Both the position numbers and the translations under genes were made by a program. DNA of 64,000 nt from an uncultured delta proteobacterium (lineage in GTDB: Bacteria; Desulfobacterota; Desulfobaccia; Desulfobaccales; 0-14-0-80-60-11). The stretch is taken from positions 448,001 through 512,000 of the forward strand of contig CAWETI010000003.1 in the NCBI GenBank assembly GCA_963812015.1, read 5' to 3'. Below, piece after piece: positions 60,177-64,000 of this stretch. The stretch's first letter is position 1; every line of letters begins with the position of its first letter. A model generated the notes under the pieces. That model was not told the DNA's origin, searched no databases, and worked only from the letters and a program-made list of their open reading frames with translations.

Positions 60177-62418
60177 GCGCTCGCCCCACAGCGCAACCCC
60201 GGCCCAGGAACAACGAAAACGCCGCCGGGAACGCGTCCTCATAGCCATCTCCCTAATCCTGGTGGTGGCCATTACTTCCCTGGAAGTCAATCTGGTGCAC
60301 CGGGGCGGCCAGCCGGTGACCGGCAGTCTCCTGGCATTCGGCCTCCTCAATTTAAATACCTTTCTGCTGCTCCTGTTCACTTTTCTCATTTTTCGCCAGC
60401 TTTCCAAGCTCTTTTTAGAGAGGCGCCGCAAAGTCTTCGGCTCCCGCCTGCGAACCCGGCTGGTCCTCACTTTCATTACCTTGACCCTGATGCCCACCCT
60501 CTTTCTCTTCTTCATGGCCTGGCAGCTGATGTCCAGTCGAGTGGATTACTCCTGGGACCGCCAGGTGGAGCAGTCCCTGGATCAGGCCCTGGGTGTGAGC
60601 CGCAACGTGCCTCAGCAGCTAAAAGGCAAGCTGTTAGCCTCCGGCCGGGAGGTGAGCCTGGAACTCATGAACCGGGAGAACTGGAGGCGGGAAGATCGGG
60701 GTTCCCTGGAGGGTTTTCTCAAACAACGCCTGGAGGATTTTCACCTGACGGGCCTTGCGGTCCTCGATGCGCAGGGGACCGTGGTGGCCGAAAGCGCGGC
60801 GCCGCAGGTGCCGCCGTTGCCGGCGCTTGCCTGGCAAGAGGTCCAATCGGCCGCCGAGGCCAAGGAGCAGAGCATCCGCCAGCCCCTCCCCCAAGGAGAA
60901 CTTCTGACCCTGCCGGTCCCGCTGCGGGATGCCGCCGGCTCCCTGGATGGGTATGTGGTGGTGCGGCAACTCATCCCCCGGGCCCAACTCCTCCAGATCG
61001 CCGCCGCGGCCAAGAGCCTTGAGGACCTGCGCCGGCGGCACCTGCTCTTCAGCCCCGTCCGGGTGAGCCATTACCTGACCCTGATCATCGTCACCCTCAT
61101 TGCTCTGGTGGCCGCCATCTGGCTGGCTTTGTACATGGCCCGGGAGATTACCACCCCTATCCGCCAGTTGGCCGAAGGCACCGTGAAGGTGGCGGGTGGA
61201 AATTATGATATCCACATCGAACAGGAAGGCCGGGATGAAATCGGCTTCCTGGTGCAATCCTTCAACAAAATGACCCACGATTTGCAGCAGAGCCAGGCGC
61301 AACTGGCGACGACGTACCGGCAGTTGAGCGACAGCCACGCCCTGATTTCCACCCAGAAGCGGGACATGGAGGTCCTGTTGAAAAATGTGGCCGCGGGGGT
61401 GATCGGCATCGACGCGGCCGGGCGGGTGACCAACATCAACGATTCCGCGGCCCAGATGCTGCGTCTGAAACGGGAAGAGGTCCTGGGCCAGGACTGCCGG
61501 ATGCTTTTGCCCCCCGCCGAATATAACCGCCTGGCCGAAGTGGTGGCCGCGGCCCGGAAGTCTCCCCGGGGCATGGTGGAAAAGCCCCTGCATCTGGTGT
61601 TGCCGGACCAGACCCTCTACCTCCTGGTCAAGACCACGGCCCTCAGGGATGAGGCGGGCCAGGATCTGGGAGTGGTCCTGGTGTTCGAGGACTTGACAGA
61701 GCTGGAGCGGGCCCAGCGGCTGGCGGCCTGGCGCGAGGTGGCCCGGCGCATCGCCCATGAAGTGAAGAATCCCCTGACGCCCATCAAACTGGCGGCCCAG
61801 CGCCTGCAGCGCCGCTTCGCCGGTCGCCTGGGCGAGGATGATCAAATCTTTGACGAATGCACCCGGGTCATCATCAATCAGGTGGATGAACTTAAGAACC
61901 TGGTCAATGAATTTTCCCGGTTCGCCCGGCTGCCGCAGTTGACCCTGGCCTCCCAGGACCTCAATGCCCTAGTCCAGGAAACCCTGCTTCTGTACCAGGA
62001 GGTCCAGCCCCGCATCACCCTGGAATTTCACTCCGACCCGGCGCTGCCGCCCCTGCTCCTGGATCGGGAGCAGGTCAAGAGAATGCTCTTGAATCTGCTG
62101 GACAACGCCCTGGCCTCCATCCCCGGGCGCGGGACCATCACGGTGTCAGTTAAAGGGGACCCGGCTCAGGAGCGGGTGGAACTGGTCGTGGCCGATACCG
62201 GCGTCGGGGTGCCGGACCGGGATAAAATCCGCATTTTCGAGCCGTATTTCTCCACCAAGCGGGGCGGCACCGGCTTGGGGCTGGCCATCGTCAATTCCAT
62301 CGTGGCGGAGCACCAGGGCTTCCTTAGGCTGGAAGACAACGTGCCCCGGGGCACCAGGTTCATCATCGATATTCCCATGCACAGGGCTGAATATGTCGGG
62401 AACGCTGCTCGTAGTTGA
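60166..62418 (+). CDS. ntrY: NtrY-like HAMP/PAS sensor histidine kinase
   Basis: GSRLRTRLV; AWREVARRIAHEVKNPLTPIKLAAQRL. Confidence 0.85.
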   Translation: MLRKRSPHSATPAQEQRKRRRERVLIAISLILVVAITSLEVNLVHRGGQPVTGSLLAFGLLNLNTFLLLLFTFLIFRQLSKLFLERRRKVFGSRLRTRLVLTFITLTLMPTLFLFFMAWQLMSSRVDYSWDRQVEQSLDQALGVSRNVPQQLKGKLLASGREVSLELMNRENWRREDRGSLEGFLKQRLEDFHLTGLAVLDAQGTVVAESAAPQVPPLPALAWQEVQSAAEAKEQSIRQPLPQGELLTLPVPLRDAAGSLDGYVVVRQLIPRAQLLQIAAAAKSLEDLRRRHLLFSPVRVSHYLTLIIVTLIALVAAIWLALYMAREITTPIRQLAEGTVKVAGGNYDIHIEQEGRDEIGFLVQSFNKMTHDLQQSQAQLATTYRQLSDSHALISTQKRDMEVLLKNVAAGVIGIDAAGRVTNINDSAAQMLRLKREEVLGQDCRMLLPPAEYNRLAEVVAAARKSPRGMVEKPLHLVLPDQTLYLLVKTTALRDEAGQDLGVVLVFEDLTELERAQRLAAWREVARRIAHEVKNPLTPIKLAAQRLQRRFAGRLGEDDQIFDECTRVIINQVDELKNLVNEFSRFARLPQLTLASQDLNALVQETLLLYQEVQPRITLEFHSDPALPPLLLDREQVKRMLLNLLDNALASIPGRGTITVSVKGDPAQERVELVVADTGVGVPDRDKIRIFEPYFSTKRGGTGLGLAIVNSIVAEHQGFLRLEDNVPRGTRFIIDIPMHRAEYVGNAARS

Positions 62419-63769
62419 CGACGAACCCCAGATCCTCCAGGTGGTCTCGGGCATCCTTCAGGACGAGGGCTTCGAGGTGCTCACGGCCCCGGACGGCGAG
62501 GCCGCCCTCAAGCTGGTGGGGGAGGAGGCCCCGGACCTGGTGCTCCTGGACATCGCCCTGCCGGGCCTGGACGGTCTGGAAGTCCTCCAGGAACTGAAGC
62601 GTCGCTATCCGTTCCTGCCGGTGGTGATGATTTCCGCCTATGGCTCGGTGGAAAACGCGGTGAAAGCCACCCGCCTGGGGGCCTACGACTTTATTGAAAA
62701 GCCGCCCAACGCCGACAAGATTCTCCTGTCGGTGCGCAACGGTCTGGAGATGGCCCGCCTGTCCGAGGAAAACCGGCGGCTGCGCCAGCAGGCGGCCCCG
62801 GCCCGGGAGATCATCGGCAAGAGCGAGCCTATCCGCAAGCTGCGGGAGACGCTGAACCTGGTGGCCCCTACCAACGCCTCGGTGCTCATCACCGGGGAAA
62901 ACGGCACCGGCAAAGAGTTGGTGGCCCGGGCCCTCCATGCCTACAGCCGCCGGTCCCACCAGCCCTTTGTGGAGGTCAACTGCGCCGCTATTCCCGAGGA
63001 TCTCATCGAAAGCGAACTCTTCGGCCACGAAAAGGGGGCGTTTACCGGGGCCACGGACCGCCATCGGGGCAAATTCGACCTGGCCCACGAAGGCACCCTT
63101 TTCCTGGACGAAATCGGCGATATGAGCCTGAAAACCCAGGCCAAGATTTTGCGCATCCTGGAAGAGCAGCGCTTCGAGCGGGTGGGGGGGCACCGGCCCA
63201 TCCAAGTGGATGTGCGCATCGTAGCCGCCACCAACAAGAACCTGGAAGAGGAGATCGCCAAGGGGGCTTTTCGGGAAGACCTTTACCACCGGATCAACGT
63301 CATTCCCCTCATCGTGCCGCCCCTGAGGGATCGCCGGGAAGATATCGCCCCGTTGGCGGCCCACTTTCTCAAGGAACTGGCCCGGGAAAACGATGCCCCG
63401 GCCAAGACCTTCAGTCCCCAGGCCCTGGAGGTTTTGACCACCCAGCCCTGGCCGGGCAACGTCCGGGAGCTGAAAAACTTCGTCTGGCGACTGGCCATCC
63501 TGACCGCCGGGACCACCATCGAGGCGGCCGACCTGCCGATCAGCGCGACGGGCCTAACCCCGGAAGAGGGCGGCGAGGGGGAATTCATCGATCCCTTCCT
63601 CCAGGTGCCGTCGTTTCGGGAGGCTCGGGCCCTGTTTGAGAAGCAGTTCCTGCGGCGCAAACTGGAGGAATGCCGAGGCAACGTCAGCCTGCTGGCCGAA
63701 AAGATCGGTCTGGAACGTTCCCACCTCTACCGCAAGCTGAAATCCTACGGCCTGGAACCGGGCAAGTAG
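62393..63769 (+). CDS. ntrX: NtrX-like sigma54-dependent response regulator
   Basis: Receiver domain; GENGTGKE; GAFTGA; WPGNVRELKN; Fis-type HTH. Confidence 0.88.
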   Translation: MSGTLLVVDDEPQILQVVSGILQDEGFEVLTAPDGEAALKLVGEEAPDLVLLDIALPGLDGLEVLQELKRRYPFLPVVMISAYGSVENAVKATRLGAYDFIEKPPNADKILLSVRNGLEMARLSEENRRLRQQAAPAREIIGKSEPIRKLRETLNLVAPTNASVLITGENGTGKELVARALHAYSRRSHQPFVEVNCAAIPEDLIESELFGHEKGAFTGATDRHRGKFDLAHEGTLFLDEIGDMSLKTQAKILRILEEQRFERVGGHRPIQVDVRIVAATNKNLEEEIAKGAFREDLYHRINVIPLIVPPLRDRREDIAPLAAHFLKELARENDAPAKTFSPQALEVLTTQPWPGNVRELKNFVWRLAILTAGTTIEAADLPISATGLTPEEGGEGEFIDPFLQVPSFREARALFEKQFLRRKLEECRGNVSLLAEKIGLERSHLYRKLKSYGLEPGK

Positions 63770-64000
63770 GAATCGGGCAAGAAACCGCTAACGGGGGCCA
63801 AGGGCCGGACCCCGCACCCCCTCTCCGACGCATCTGCAATCAAAACCGGATGACCCGTGATGGGTGCGAGTAGAACTTCATCACCGCTCTCTGCAAAAAC
63901 GACTGATCACCTGCAACCAGAGACCTCATTTCTTCAAGACCTAATCATCCCCGGGGTTTCACCCATCCCTATTTCATATCCCATTGCTTAGGACCATGGG

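Noticed and set aside
15388..63873. Long antisense or alternate-frame ORFs (e.g. 20136-22034 +, 27547-29496 +, 50217-51992 -)
   Set aside because: Shadows of real genes caused by GC-rich codon bias; no motifs or RBS.
1..64000. CRISPR array, tRNA/rRNA genes, reverse transcriptase or DGR
   Set aside because: No regularly spaced repeats, cloverleaf, RT motif or template/variable repeat pair seen by eye.

Overview
GC-rich bacterial chromosome segment; the gene content (type B frdCAB, ftsH-folP-cdaA-cdaR, cvpA-mazG, ntrYX-like) suggests Desulfobacterota/Deltaproteobacteria, which is an inference. (1) 1-12.5 kb is an accessory island ending in a truncated yjbQ. It holds an IS110/IS1111-type element whose downstream non-coding region folds like a bridge/seek RNA with visible guides to its own target site, an IS3 remnant, an L,D-transpeptidase, and a small capsid-less terminase/recombinase/rep element. 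(2) 12.8-29.4 kb is mostly core genes. (3) 29.6-54.5 kb is a ~25 kb Mu-like head and non-contractile tail cluster. It has no recognisable transposase, integrase, repressor, replication or endolysin gene, is preceded by two divergent excisionase-type HTH genes (one with a sigma54-type promoter), carries host repeats in its spacers, and encodes a 254-aa mini tape measure and a 1364-aa multidomain tail-tip protein. This is the best candidate for an undescribed system: a domesticated, gene-transfer-agent-like particle of Mu ancestry. Two lesions (a G7 frameshift and an in-frame TAG) mean a decaying prophage is not excluded. (4) An AT-rich 3-gene orphan cassette follows, then cvpA, mazG, two sensor kinases and a sigma54 response regulator. 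All family calls come from reading motifs by eye, not from database searches.
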